From a virus, in IMG/VR virus record IMGVR_UViG_3300042502_001136, positions 1 to 64,000 of that record: DNA of 64,000 nt. One strand, given 5' to 3'. The notes under the pieces were generated by a model. That model saw only the letters and a list, made by a program, of their open reading frames with translations, was not told the origin of the DNA and did no database searches. This document shows positions 20,663 through 29,790 of this stretch, in pieces (within the stretch, counting starts at the first letter, position 1; every line of letters begins with the position of its first letter). The translations under genes were made by a program, and so were the position numbers.

Positions 20663-21991
20663 TTAAGCAATAGGAGAAAGTCCTATTGCAGTTAAATAAT
20701 TGTTATATGCTGTTCTAAATAATTGTCCATCTACTACTACTTCTGCACCCATTGAATAATATTTATACCTTCCTGCATTATTTCTATTAAGAGAAGCATA
20801 AATCCATTGTTCTCCATTATAAATAGAAGTTGAATTTGCAGTAGTATTTAATACAGTAGCTTGTTTAATTAGTGTTAAATTTGTTGAATTTATTCTATTT
20901 ATTGCTACATAACCATAACCTGACGTATCTAATGAAGATACAGGGTTATTAGCTCCTTGATTCACTCTTAGCTCAGTTGTTGAACTTCCTAATCTAATAA
21001 GATTATTAACTGTAGCTTCGGCAGAATCTAAATAATTATTAGTACTTACATAACTATGTATTACTACATCTCTACTTGCATTATTAAGAGTATATTGATT
21101 AATCCCAACACTAGGATTAAAACCTGTTCTAATATAATATGTAAGAGGTACAGATGCTCCTTGAGGAATACTACCAAAGAATCCAATAGCATCATATTGT
21201 AAAGCACTATAAGAAGCACTTGTTTGTTGATAAGGTCTTAATCCATATCCTTCAGTTAATTGAGCACCCCATAACCACATAGTACCTAAAGTAACTCCTC
21301 CTGATATTCCAAAATTAATATTAGTTCCTGTTGCTATTATATCTACACTACATCTATAAAAACCATAAGACTCTGCTGTTATAGTTGCATTAATACCATT
21401 ACCTATAGCTGTTGCAGTAACAGTAGTTAAATTAAAACTAGCTCCATTAGGAGAATTTAATTGGTCTCTTAATAAAACAATATCTTTAGTACCTGCTTTA
21501 GCATAGATACTTAAGTTGTATTTATTACCTATTAAAATAGAGTTTATTATATTAGTAGTACCTTGTAATCTTATAGTAGTTGCAGTAGCTGTAAATAGGT
21601 CTGCTGTTAAATTTCCATCAGGAGCTGTAGTATTATTTGCTATAAAAGTACAGGATATTCTTGACCAATTACTGTTTTCAAATTCTTCACTTCTAGGAAG
21701 TAAATTATAATATAAATTAACTTCTTGTGCTAAAGCACCGCTAGGATTTTTCCAATTAATCATTGAAAATCTTCTACAATTAATATCATTATAACAAAAG
21801 TTAAGAATTAAATCTCTTTTACCCCAATAACCACTTGCTTTCATTGCTTCTATAAGAACATCTATAGATAATAAAGTAGCTTCAGCAGGAATAATAAATC
21901 CTTCTAAATTAGCTCTATTAATTATAGCTTGTAATTCACTAGAATATCCTGTTCCTGTAAATTGTAATAAAGTTCTGTATCTAGTACTCAT
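20663..21991 (-). CDS. tail/head fiber protein with carbohydrate-binding-like domain
   Basis: NLLPRSEEF...TAPDG..TAD...SIYAKAG...WGAQL.EG...PYQQT module. Confidence 0.65.
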   Translation of the reverse strand: MSTRYRTLLQFTGTGYSSELQAIINRANLEGFIIPAEATLLSIDVLIEAMKASGYWGKRDLILNFCYNDINCRRFSMINWKNPSGALAQEVNLYYNLLPRSEEFENSNWSRISCTFIANNTTAPDGNLTADLFTATATTIRLQGTTNIINSILIGNKYNLSIYAKAGTKDIVLLRDQLNSPNGASFNLTTVTATAIGNGINATITAESYGFYRCSVDIIATGTNINFGISGGVTLGTMWLWGAQLTEGYGLRPYQQTSASYSALQYDAIGFFGSIPQGASVPLTYYIRTGFNPSVGINQYTLNNASRDVVIHSYVSTNNYLDSAEATVNNLIRLGSSTTELRVNQGANNPVSSLDTSGYGYVAINRINSTNLTLIKQATVLNTTANSTSIYNGEQWIYASLNRNNAGRYKYYSMGAEVVVDGQLFRTAYNNYLTAIGLSPIA

Positions 21992-21995
21992 AATA

Positions 21996-22637
21996 TTAAG
22001 GTTCTTGTATTATCCAACATTCAACTCTAGCAGATTCACACCATTCAGCGTAAATAATATTATAGCTATTTATTACATATTCTCCATTAAGAATTACCCA
22101 ATTAATAGGAATTGGATTATGACTACATTTACTATAAATTTTTTGTATTATTCCAATTCTAGCACCTACTAATGAATTAGTTAAAACATTATTAATATAA
22201 TTACTTGGTGTACCATATTGATATTCTTTTTCAAAATTTATAATATCTGTATTCAAAATAATAGGATATCTTTTAAAATCTAAAGTAATAGAACCATTAG
22301 TGTCAGCAGTAATACCATTTATATCTGTCACTAAATTTTCTCCATTACTCTTTGCTACATTAGCACCAATTAAATCTATTACTCCATCTGTAATAGTAAT
22401 AGCAGCGACTAATTCATCGCTGCTATTAAAAAATTTAATGCTTTTGTTGTATATCTCGATATCTTCTTTAAATTTAACAACTTCTTCTATTGTATAAAAA
22501 TCTTCAAATATTACAAGTTTTCCTGCTTCTGTAATACCTATTACTTTTACATTTTTAGTAGTAGAAGTTCTATCATTAAATTTAATAATATCAGGAAATT
22601 TAATTTCCCCTTTGAGCATCTTAATGAATTTTAACAT
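21996..22637 (-). CDS. tail fiber-associated structural protein
   Basis: 213 aa; VTDINGITAD..G.ITL fiber-type repeat. Confidence 0.5.
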   Translation of the reverse strand: MLKFIKMLKGEIKFPDIIKFNDRTSTTKNVKVIGITEAGKLVIFEDFYTIEEVVKFKEDIEIYNKSIKFFNSSDELVAAITITDGVIDLIGANVAKSNGENLVTDINGITADTNGSITLDFKRYPIILNTDIINFEKEYQYGTPSNYINNVLTNSLVGARIGIIQKIYSKCSHNPIPINWVILNGEYVINSYNIIYAEWCESARVECWIIQEP

Positions 22638-22648
22638 TTCTTAGATTT

Positions 22649-23284
22649 TTAAGGATAAATATGTTCACCATATAAATCAATATTAGCAGAAACTATACCA
22701 TCAATAGTACATCTTGCGAGTAAATCAATGTTATTTTCATCACTTAACCATTTGTAATCTTCATAGTTATCAAAGAACCCATATTCAATAAGAACAGAAG
22801 GCATTAAAGTAGCTCTAAGAACATACAAATTTGCTTCTTTATCTAAATCTTTATCCGTAGTATCAGTTCTTAATTTTCTATGAGGTAACATACTTTTAAT
22901 TCGTTGTAATATATGTTCAGCATATATATCAGATAAAGTTTGTCCTATAGAAGTAAAAATTTCAGTTCCTTCTGCTTTTCCTGTAGGACTAGCATTATTA
23001 TGTACAGAAAGAAAAAACATACTATTTTTACTAGGATGTTTATTAGCTTTAGCAACTCTTTCTGTAAGAGGTACATCTAAATGATTAGAAGGTAAAACAC
23101 TATAAACTACATTAAATCCTGCTTCTTTAGCATATTTAGCAAGAGCTATAACATATTTATTGTTTTCTACACCTTCATAAACCTTTTCCCCATTAGGGAA
23201 ACTTGCTCTTTTTCCGGGAGTAACATAATTTCCATTTTTATCAAGAGTTCCATGTCCTCTATCAAGCATTATCGTTGTTATCAT
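22649..23284 (-). CDS. endolysin, N-acetylmuramoyl-L-alanine amidase (Amidase_3)
   Basis: LDRGHG, E, SVHNNA, GTEIF, LYVLR...PSVLIEYGF motifs. Confidence 0.93.
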   Translation of the reverse strand: MITTIMLDRGHGTLDKNGNYVTPGKRASFPNGEKVYEGVENNKYVIALAKYAKEAGFNVVYSVLPSNHLDVPLTERVAKANKHPSKNSMFFLSVHNNASPTGKAEGTEIFTSIGQTLSDIYAEHILQRIKSMLPHRKLRTDTTDKDLDKEANLYVLRATLMPSVLIEYGFFDNYEDYKWLSDENNIDLLARCTIDGIVSANIDLYGEHIYP

Positions 23285-23525
23285 TTTCTTTTGATTTTAT
23301 TATGTTAATACAATCTTTTTCTTTTTCTTCTTTTTCTATTCTTTCTTCTTCCTTTATTCTAGCTTTTCTTTTTGCATATGCTTCGTCTATTTTAAATCCT
23401 GTATAAACAATAGAAAAAGCTAGAACAAAAGTAGTAAAAACATCATTAATATTAGCATAAGCAAAAACAAGACTAATAAAAGAAATAAATAAAGCCTTAT
23501 ATTCAAAGAAATCTAAATTATTCAT
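23262..23525 (-). CDS. holin-like membrane protein
   Basis: two TM segments plus charged C-terminus, overlapping the amidase start; track start 23561, ATG at 23525 preferred. Confidence 0.55.
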   Translation of the reverse strand: MNNLDFFEYKALFISFISLVFAYANINDVFTTFVLAFSIVYTGFKIDEAYAKRKARIKEEERIEKEEKEKDCINIIKSKENDNNDNA

Positions 23526-23850
23526 TTTCAACATTGATTTTTCTTTTATTTTTACTAACATCTTTAACTAAATTAGAAACTCCTAATCCAAGAGTAAAAA
23601 AAGCTGCATTAGAATTAGTAATATCTAGACCTAAAAAAGTTTTAAGAAAACCTGCAGTTTCAGGTTCTAAAGTTATAACTAACCCTATAAGAATAATAGT
23701 AATACAAGACCATAACCATTTATATTTATTATCTTTTAAAAAATAAATAATATTAAAAGTATTAGTTTGTATATAAGGTAAAGCTTTAAATAGAGTATAT
23801 ATAATTATACCTAATAAACTTAATAAAAGTTTTATTGCAATATCCTCCAT
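23518..23850 (-). CDS. holin-like membrane protein
   Basis: 110 aa; three hydrophobic segments; next to the amidase. Confidence 0.55.
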   Translation of the reverse strand: MEDIAIKLLLSLLGIIIYTLFKALPYIQTNTFNIIYFLKDNKYKWLWSCITIILIGLVITLEPETAGFLKTFLGLDITNSNAAFFTLGLGVSNLVKDVSKNKRKINVENE

Positions 23851-23874
23851 AATTCGTTTGGTTAAGTTTATTAA

Positions 23875-24204
23875 TTATTTTACTACCAAAAATAAGGTAA
23901 ATACAGCTAATAGTGCTCCTGCACAACCGACTGCAATATCATTAAAATCAGTTCCTTTTTTAATTGTAATACCATCTGCCTGTTCTATGGCATCAAGACG
24001 TTCTTTAAAAACATTAATCATACCTACCATAATAAAAACTATAATAGCTATTTCATAGGGTCTTAAAGTGTTTCTAAACATAGGTATAAAATATATGATA
24101 ATAAAACCATATACACCTAATACATAACTCCATGTAAAATGTAGTTGTTTATCTATTGCATAAACATACAAAAGATTTCTAATAAATTTTAGTGCATTTT
24201 TCAT
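23875..24204 (-). CDS. small membrane protein (VanZ/YfiM-like DKxLH motif)
   Basis: DKQLHF...KERLD...DFNDIAVG; three TM segments. Confidence 0.55.
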   Translation of the reverse strand: MKNALKFIRNLLYVYAIDKQLHFTWSYVLGVYGFIIIYFIPMFRNTLRPYEIAIIVFIMVGMINVFKERLDAIEQADGITIKKGTDFNDIAVGCAGALLAVFTLFLVVK

Positions 24205-24223
24205 CTTTTTAATTTTAAATTAA

Positions 24224-26485
24224 TTAATCAGTTATTATTATTTGACAAGGAGCAATATTACTAACATACCCATTTACATCAGTAAAAGTATAATAAAATA
24301 ATACACTATTAGGAAAAGGAATAGCATTATTAATATCATAAAGATATCTAAATCTATCATTTAATTGACCAACATTATAATTAAGAACTAAATTTTGATT
24401 AGCACTTAATGCAGGTAGTCCTTCAACTTCTAATATACCTGCTGCAGGTAAAGTAATAATAGTAATAGAAGTAGGAAGTAAACCTTGACTATGTTGATAA
24501 TTATTAATTAATAATTGCATTAAATTTACTGTTTCTCCTGTATAAAATCCATTACTATCAACTACTGTTAAAATATAAGCAGTGTTTAAGATATTAATAG
24601 TAGGAACATTAGAAAGAATAGCAATATTAACTTCATAAGTATAGGTATCTCCATCATTAATAATAGTTAATAATAAACTAATACTTTGTCCATTTTGTAC
24701 AAATGTTAATGTAGGAGATAATGTAGTAGCATTAGTAAGAACTACACCATTAGGTGCAGCTCCAACAAAAGTCCATAAAATAGAAGATGTATTAACATTA
24801 CTACTTTCTACTGCAATGATAGTAGCTAAGCTAGTACCAGCAGGTAAAACTACTTGATTATTAACAACCGGAATACTATTAACAGTATTTATACTTGCTG
24901 AATAAGTAGCTGCTTTATTTTTAACAACAGTAACAATTATATTACCATATGCTCCAAATACATCAGAACCCTCATCAGATACTTGAAATAATAAGGTATA
25001 AGTTCCAACAGATGTAGTACTAGGAACATTAATTCCTAAATGTCCTTGAACAAAAACATCATCATAACTAATACTAGCTCCTGCAGGATAAGCAATTTCA
25101 GAATCAAGATTAGATAACAATACTCCTGCTGCGAATAAATTAACAATTTTAAGATTCTTTAAAGCATCATTTTCAGGATCAACATATCCATCTAATATAT
25201 TTTGAATAGGGACAGCAACAGTTGCATTTTCTGTATTATCAATAATCATAGTAACACTACCAACTTTAATAGGTGGCTGATTTGCTAATCCAAATTCATT
25301 ATCACTGATTACAATACTAATTCCATTTCCTGCTCCAAAGGTATTACTTCCACTATCAGAAATATTATAAGGAATAAAAAAAGAGCTAATAACATCAGTT
25401 TCATCTACTTCAATAGTTAAATTTCCTGCAATAATATCTTCAAATGAAATAACTTGATTTTCTTCTACTTCAACATCAGATAATAATAGTCTAATATAAA
25501 CAGGAAGAATAAAAGTATTAATTCTTATAGCATTAGGAGGATTATTTTCAGGGTCAATATAATCAACAAGAAAATTATTACTAGTAAGTGTTACTACTTG
25601 TGTAGTCACTTGTTCAGTTTGAAATTGAGCAATAACTAGACTTGCTTGTGTAGGAGGTAAATTAGAAACTACTATTGCTTCATTATTTTCATTTGCAATA
25701 TCTTCATAGATTTCTTCTAATTCAGAAAAAGAAATACCTAATACATAAATACATTCTTTAATAGCTTCAATATCATATAAGGTATCTAATGTAGTAATTT
25801 GTAATTCTGTTAAAGCAGGATTAGTAAATTTTTCACTAAAATAAGCACCTAAATAATATAAAGCTATATAATATTTATATAAAGTAACATTACTATATGG
25901 TTTACCTTTTAAAGAAATTTGTAATAATTGTTTACATAATTCTTTATTTAATTTACAATATTGAGTAGATGTTACTAGTTGTATAAAAGTAAATAGACTA
26001 TCATTACTTACAACATAAGTATTAATCATTAATCCCCCTAAATAATATTTATAGGTTTCTAATGTATTAAATAAACTTTGATGCTTTAAACAAATTTTAG
26101 CTTCTTTACTCATACAATCTCCATCATTGCAATTATTACAATTACATTTATCACATAATAAAGATTTAATATCTTTAATTAAAGATACTCTAATATTACT
26201 ATAATGATAAAATCCAATAAAATCATCAGGGTCTAAACTAGAACCAAGACTAGGACTTACTATAAAAGATAATTTATATTTACCATCTAATACAACAGGA
26301 AGAAAAGTAAATTGTTCAAATGTTACTAAATTTCCGGTAGCTATTAATATAAAAACATTAGTATTACAATCATGCTTATATAAACTATAAGTAAGTGTAA
26401 CACTATCATTAGTATTTTTAATAACTTTATAAGTATCAAGAGATTTAATTACAGTATAATTAATATTATTTATTATATTATTCAT
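24224..26485 (-). CDS. tail hub/fiber protein with cadherin/Ig-like repeats
   Basis: 753 aa; Cys-rich N-terminal part; NxPP...YxDPEN...SDxGS repeats. Confidence 0.6.
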   Translation of the reverse strand: MNNIINNINYTVIKSLDTYKVIKNTNDSVTLTYSLYKHDCNTNVFILIATGNLVTFEQFTFLPVVLDGKYKLSFIVSPSLGSSLDPDDFIGFYHYSNIRVSLIKDIKSLLCDKCNCNNCNDGDCMSKEAKICLKHQSLFNTLETYKYYLGGLMINTYVVSNDSLFTFIQLVTSTQYCKLNKELCKQLLQISLKGKPYSNVTLYKYYIALYYLGAYFSEKFTNPALTELQITTLDTLYDIEAIKECIYVLGISFSELEEIYEDIANENNEAIVVSNLPPTQASLVIAQFQTEQVTTQVVTLTSNNFLVDYIDPENNPPNAIRINTFILPVYIRLLLSDVEVEENQVISFEDIIAGNLTIEVDETDVISSFFIPYNISDSGSNTFGAGNGISIVISDNEFGLANQPPIKVGSVTMIIDNTENATVAVPIQNILDGYVDPENDALKNLKIVNLFAAGVLLSNLDSEIAYPAGASISYDDVFVQGHLGINVPSTTSVGTYTLLFQVSDEGSDVFGAYGNIIVTVVKNKAATYSASINTVNSIPVVNNQVVLPAGTSLATIIAVESSNVNTSSILWTFVGAAPNGVVLTNATTLSPTLTFVQNGQSISLLLTIINDGDTYTYEVNIAILSNVPTINILNTAYILTVVDSNGFYTGETVNLMQLLINNYQHSQGLLPTSITIITLPAAGILEVEGLPALSANQNLVLNYNVGQLNDRFRYLYDINNAIPFPNSVLFYYTFTDVNGYVSNIAPCQIIITD

Positions 26486-26498
26486 ATATTTTTAAATT

Positions 26499-26537
26499 AA
26501 AAAGCTACTGATAATGAATATCAGTATCAGTAGCTTT
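26499..26537 (-). terminator. intrinsic terminator
   Basis: 13-bp stem AAAGCTACTGATA/TATCAGTAGCTTT with an A-run on the left, downstream of 26564..27484. Confidence 0.75.
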
Positions 26538-26563
26538 AGGATTAACAACAAAATAATATCAAA

Positions 26564-27484
26564 TTATTCAACAGGAGTTTCATCAATATATGTATCTCCG
26601 GATAAATATCTTAAAAGTGTTTCAACTGTATCTATTACAGCAGCTCCAGTAGGAAATGCAATAGTAATAGATTGTGTACCGACACCCATAGTAGAACTTG
26701 CAGTAGGAGATTCACCTTTCCAAGTAATAACAAGTAAATCATAATTTTGACTTGCTACTGCTTCTGTAGGAGCATTATACCAAAGGTCTGTTAATTTTTC
26801 ATAACCTTGATTACCAAGATGTTTAGAAAAATCTTTTTCCAAAGCTACAATATCAGCACCGTAACCATTACCAACAACAGCAGCAGTAGGATTTGTAATT
26901 AGTGTTCCTTCGAACATACCATCACATTTAATACTAATATCAGCTTCTCTTGTTAAAGCAGTAATATTAATAAAATAATTAGAACCACTATTAGCTAAAG
27001 TAGCAGAAAAGAATGGGACAGAAAGGGCACTAGCTTGTGTATTTAAATTAGCAACTACTCTTGCTAAATATGTAGCAGTAGTTTCAGCAGATTTTTTAGT
27101 TACATTACTGGAAACTCTTTGTGTATTAATATTTCTATTATAAGATTTATTAAATACAGTAATTTCTCCTTCTCCGGTAGTTTCAACATTTAATCCTGTT
27201 GTACCATCTGCTAATCTAAATACAGGTAATACTGCGGCAACATAATCTTTTTTAGTAATACTTACTATATTACGTCTTTTAATTATTGCAGATGTTCTAA
27301 ATTTACCACTTGTTAATTTAGTAGTAAGACAAAAAGCATCTACACCAACACAATCAGCAGGGTCTTCTAATACAACATTATTAGTACCAAGAACTATTAA
27401 TTCTCTAGCAGCTAACCCTTCAATACTTGCAGTTGTGGAAGCTTCTTTAGTTCCTACTGCACTAATAACAAATACATTTTCCAT
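26564..27484 (-). CDS. structural protein (auxiliary capsid protein-like)
   Basis: 306 aa; Ala/Thr-rich; downstream of the MCP cluster and followed by a terminator. Confidence 0.55.
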   Translation of the reverse strand: MENVFVISAVGTKEASTTASIEGLAARELIVLGTNNVVLEDPADCVGVDAFCLTTKLTSGKFRTSAIIKRRNIVSITKKDYVAAVLPVFRLADGTTGLNVETTGEGEITVFNKSYNRNINTQRVSSNVTKKSAETTATYLARVVANLNTQASALSVPFFSATLANSGSNYFINITALTREADISIKCDGMFEGTLITNPTAAVVGNGYGADIVALEKDFSKHLGNQGYEKLTDLWYNAPTEAVASQNYDLLVITWKGESPTASSTMGVGTQSITIAFPTGAAVIDTVETLLRYLSGDTYIDETPVE

Positions 27485-27500
27485 AAATTTTTAAATTTAA

Positions 27501-28541
27501 TTATTCAACAAGACTATTTTCTCTAATAAACTTTTCATAACCATCATCAGAAATAATACCTTTTAAAGTTCTAGCAACATTATCAATAACTTCTTCAAGA
27601 GCACTATCTGATATATCAGTATTATGATTCAAAAATACATCAACTTTTTTAGGGTTACAAAGATATGTTAAATTTACAGTACTAAGTATAACAGTATCCG
27701 TTATTGGAAAGATAACAACTTTATCTCTAAGGTAAGCAATACGACTATTATCTTTATTACCTGATAAATTAGAATGTTTAATAGACGTTTTAAATTCTTC
27801 ATCTACAATTCTTACTTCTGCATCTAAAGTGTTAGCTAATTCATAAACATTATAAGTTTCTTGTACTTCTTCTACTGTTATGTCCGTTTCCCCAATAGAG
27901 AAAGTTGTTGTTGAGTTTGTGTAACTTGCAATAACAATTTTATTATTAACTTTATCATATGTTACTTCAAAACCAATAGGAAGATTTCGTTCAATAAGAC
28001 TTATAATAAGATTATTATAAATAAAAGCTTTTTTATAAACACTAACATTATCAGTAGGAAAATACTCATCAGGAAGTGTAGCAGTGTCTACTAAAGTAAT
28101 AGTATCATCATCTACTTCTAGTATAATAAGTATATCACTTATATCATCCAAACCACTATCTTCTATTGGGGGAAGGTATGTAAAATACTTTACTTTCTCG
28201 ACAGTTTCCACTGTTTGACAATTACAACAAACAGAGGCTTCTGCACTAATATAATATAAATGATTAAAAGGAAGCTGAATAACAGCTTCCTTTTCATTTA
28301 ATTGTAGTACAGGAACTTCTATTGTTTTTACTAAACTATTAACATCTAAGATACGTTTGATAATATCGTAAGCCCCTTGTCTTTTTTCATTAGATAAAGG
28401 ACTAAGACGTTGTTTAATAAACTTTAAGATTTCTTTATTAATAAATATATCTTTTTCTTGTGGTAAAAAGTTATTACTCCAATTACTACTAACTTCTTGT
28501 AACAGTAAGTCTATATTTACGTGTAATTCCTGTGTAGTCAT
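27501..28541 (-). CDS. head-tail ring/adaptor protein
   Basis: MTTQELH...FLPQEKDIFIN...LTYLCNP...EEVID; crAss-like synteny. Confidence 0.6.
   Translation of the reverse strand: MTTQELHVNIDLLLQEVSSNWSNNFLPQEKDIFINKEILKFIKQRLSPLSNEKRQGAYDIIKRILDVNSLVKTIEVPVLQLNEKEAVIQLPFNHLYYISAEASVCCNCQTVETVEKVKYFTYLPPIEDSGLDDISDILIILEVDDDTITLVDTATLPDEYFPTDNVSVYKKAFIYNNLIISLIERNLPIGFEVTYDKVNNKIVIASYTNSTTTFSIGETDITVEEVQETYNVYELANTLDAEVRIVDEEFKTSIKHSNLSGNKDNSRIAYLRDKVVIFPITDTVILSTVNLTYLCNPKKVDVFLNHNTDISDSALEEVIDNVARTLKGIISDDGYEKFIRENSLVE
27887..28175. repeat. inverted pair of dispersed motif copies
   Basis: TTTCCCCAATAGAG at 27887 and CTTCTATTGGGGGAAG at 28160. Confidence 0.7.
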
Positions 28542-28544
28542 TTC

Positions 28545-29696
28545 TTATGTAAGATTAACTTCTTTTAATAATGTATTCTTAATATTAGTCATTTCTTCTC
28601 TACCACTATTTAACTCAATAACTGCTTCATCAATAGTTCTACCAATTAAAACTTGATTATAGTAATAAACAGAGCTATTAGTTGGATTATTTAATTTACC
28701 TTTACTAACAGCTAAGTTAATAAGATATTTTGTTTCCCAATTTGCATCACTAGCAACAGCTATAAAGAATTTAACTGTTTCGGTAGTTTTATTATAAAGT
28801 TCATCAATTTTAAGTAATTTCTCTAAAGCATCTTCATAAGCAGTAGGATTTTCTTTAAATGCTAAAAGAACAGAATCTATTTTCTTTTCATCATTAGTTA
28901 AACTTTCATATAACTTCATAGCCATACTTCTATTTTTAACTAATAAATCTTGAGCTTTAATAGCATTAGCTTTTTCATAGATATAAAATTCTATTTTAGG
29001 AGAAGCTTCTACATCAACAAAACTATTAGCAACTCTTGAATATTTTAAACAATAGTTTAATAATAAGAAATCAGAAATAGAATCATCTAAAATTACAGCT
29101 CTTTTATTAGAATTAGTAGCTGAAATAGGAGTAATTAATGCTTCATTAATATATTCCATTTTCTTTTCAGTACTTGTTTCTCTTTCAATTCTGTTTTTAA
29201 GTACAGCACCAACTACATGAAGTTGAATTTTAATAGGAACTCCCATTTTATGTTTAGGAAGAAATTCTTCATCAGCAGGAACAGGAAGTCCAAAGAAAGA
29301 CCAATATTCATCAACTGCTTTTTTAAATTCAGGAGCATTATGACTAACATTAACAATACTAGGCATAATAAGAATTTCAAGTTCTCCTGAAATTCCTTTT
29401 AAAGCTCCCCTAGAACGAGCATCTAAAGAAGAACCAATTCTATAAACTCTTTCAGCAGGGTCAGCACCAGGAAGTCCAACCATTCCAGGTCTACGTCTAA
29501 TAGCAACTTCAACAGTTATTAAATATTTGGCAAAATCTTCTTTAACTTCTGCAGTTAATACATCATTAGGAGTTACAGTAGGAGCATTAGGAGAGGCATT
29601 AGTAGCAGCAGTAGAATCAGTAGCAGCATTAGCATTAGGAGTAGCACTTGGTGTGTTTATACCTTGTTGTGGTTTTACATTATTACCAGTTTCCAT
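28545..29696 (-). CDS. conserved crAss-like structural-block protein following MCP
   Basis: 383 aa; Ala/Pro/Thr-rich N-terminus; synteny. Confidence 0.6.
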   Translation of the reverse strand: METGNNVKPQQGINTPSATPNANAATDSTAATNASPNAPTVTPNDVLTAEVKEDFAKYLITVEVAIRRRPGMVGLPGADPAERVYRIGSSLDARSRGALKGISGELEILIMPSIVNVSHNAPEFKKAVDEYWSFFGLPVPADEEFLPKHKMGVPIKIQLHVVGAVLKNRIERETSTEKKMEYINEALITPISATNSNKRAVILDDSISDFLLLNYCLKYSRVANSFVDVEASPKIEFYIYEKANAIKAQDLLVKNRSMAMKLYESLTNDEKKIDSVLLAFKENPTAYEDALEKLLKIDELYNKTTETVKFFIAVASDANWETKYLINLAVSKGKLNNPTNSSVYYYNQVLIGRTIDEAVIELNSGREEMTNIKNTLLKEVNLT

Positions 29697-29732
29697 GTTT
29701 TATTTATTTTAATTATTAAGAATAGTTTTAAG

Positions 29733-29773
29733 AAAAATAAGACTACTAATAGGTTTAGTATTAGTAGCCTTAT
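29733..29773 (-). terminator. intrinsic terminator after MCP
   Basis: ATAAGACTACTAATA/TATTAGTAGCCTTAT inverted repeat with A-run. Confidence 0.65.
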
Positions 29774-29790
29774 AATTATATTAATCAATA

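Noticed and set aside
16867-21832. Partial motif matches TTACCCCAAT near 16867, 18010 and 21819
   Set aside because: They lack the AGAR and GT-rich tail and are explainable by Trp-Gly or Ile-Gly codons; not counted as copies.
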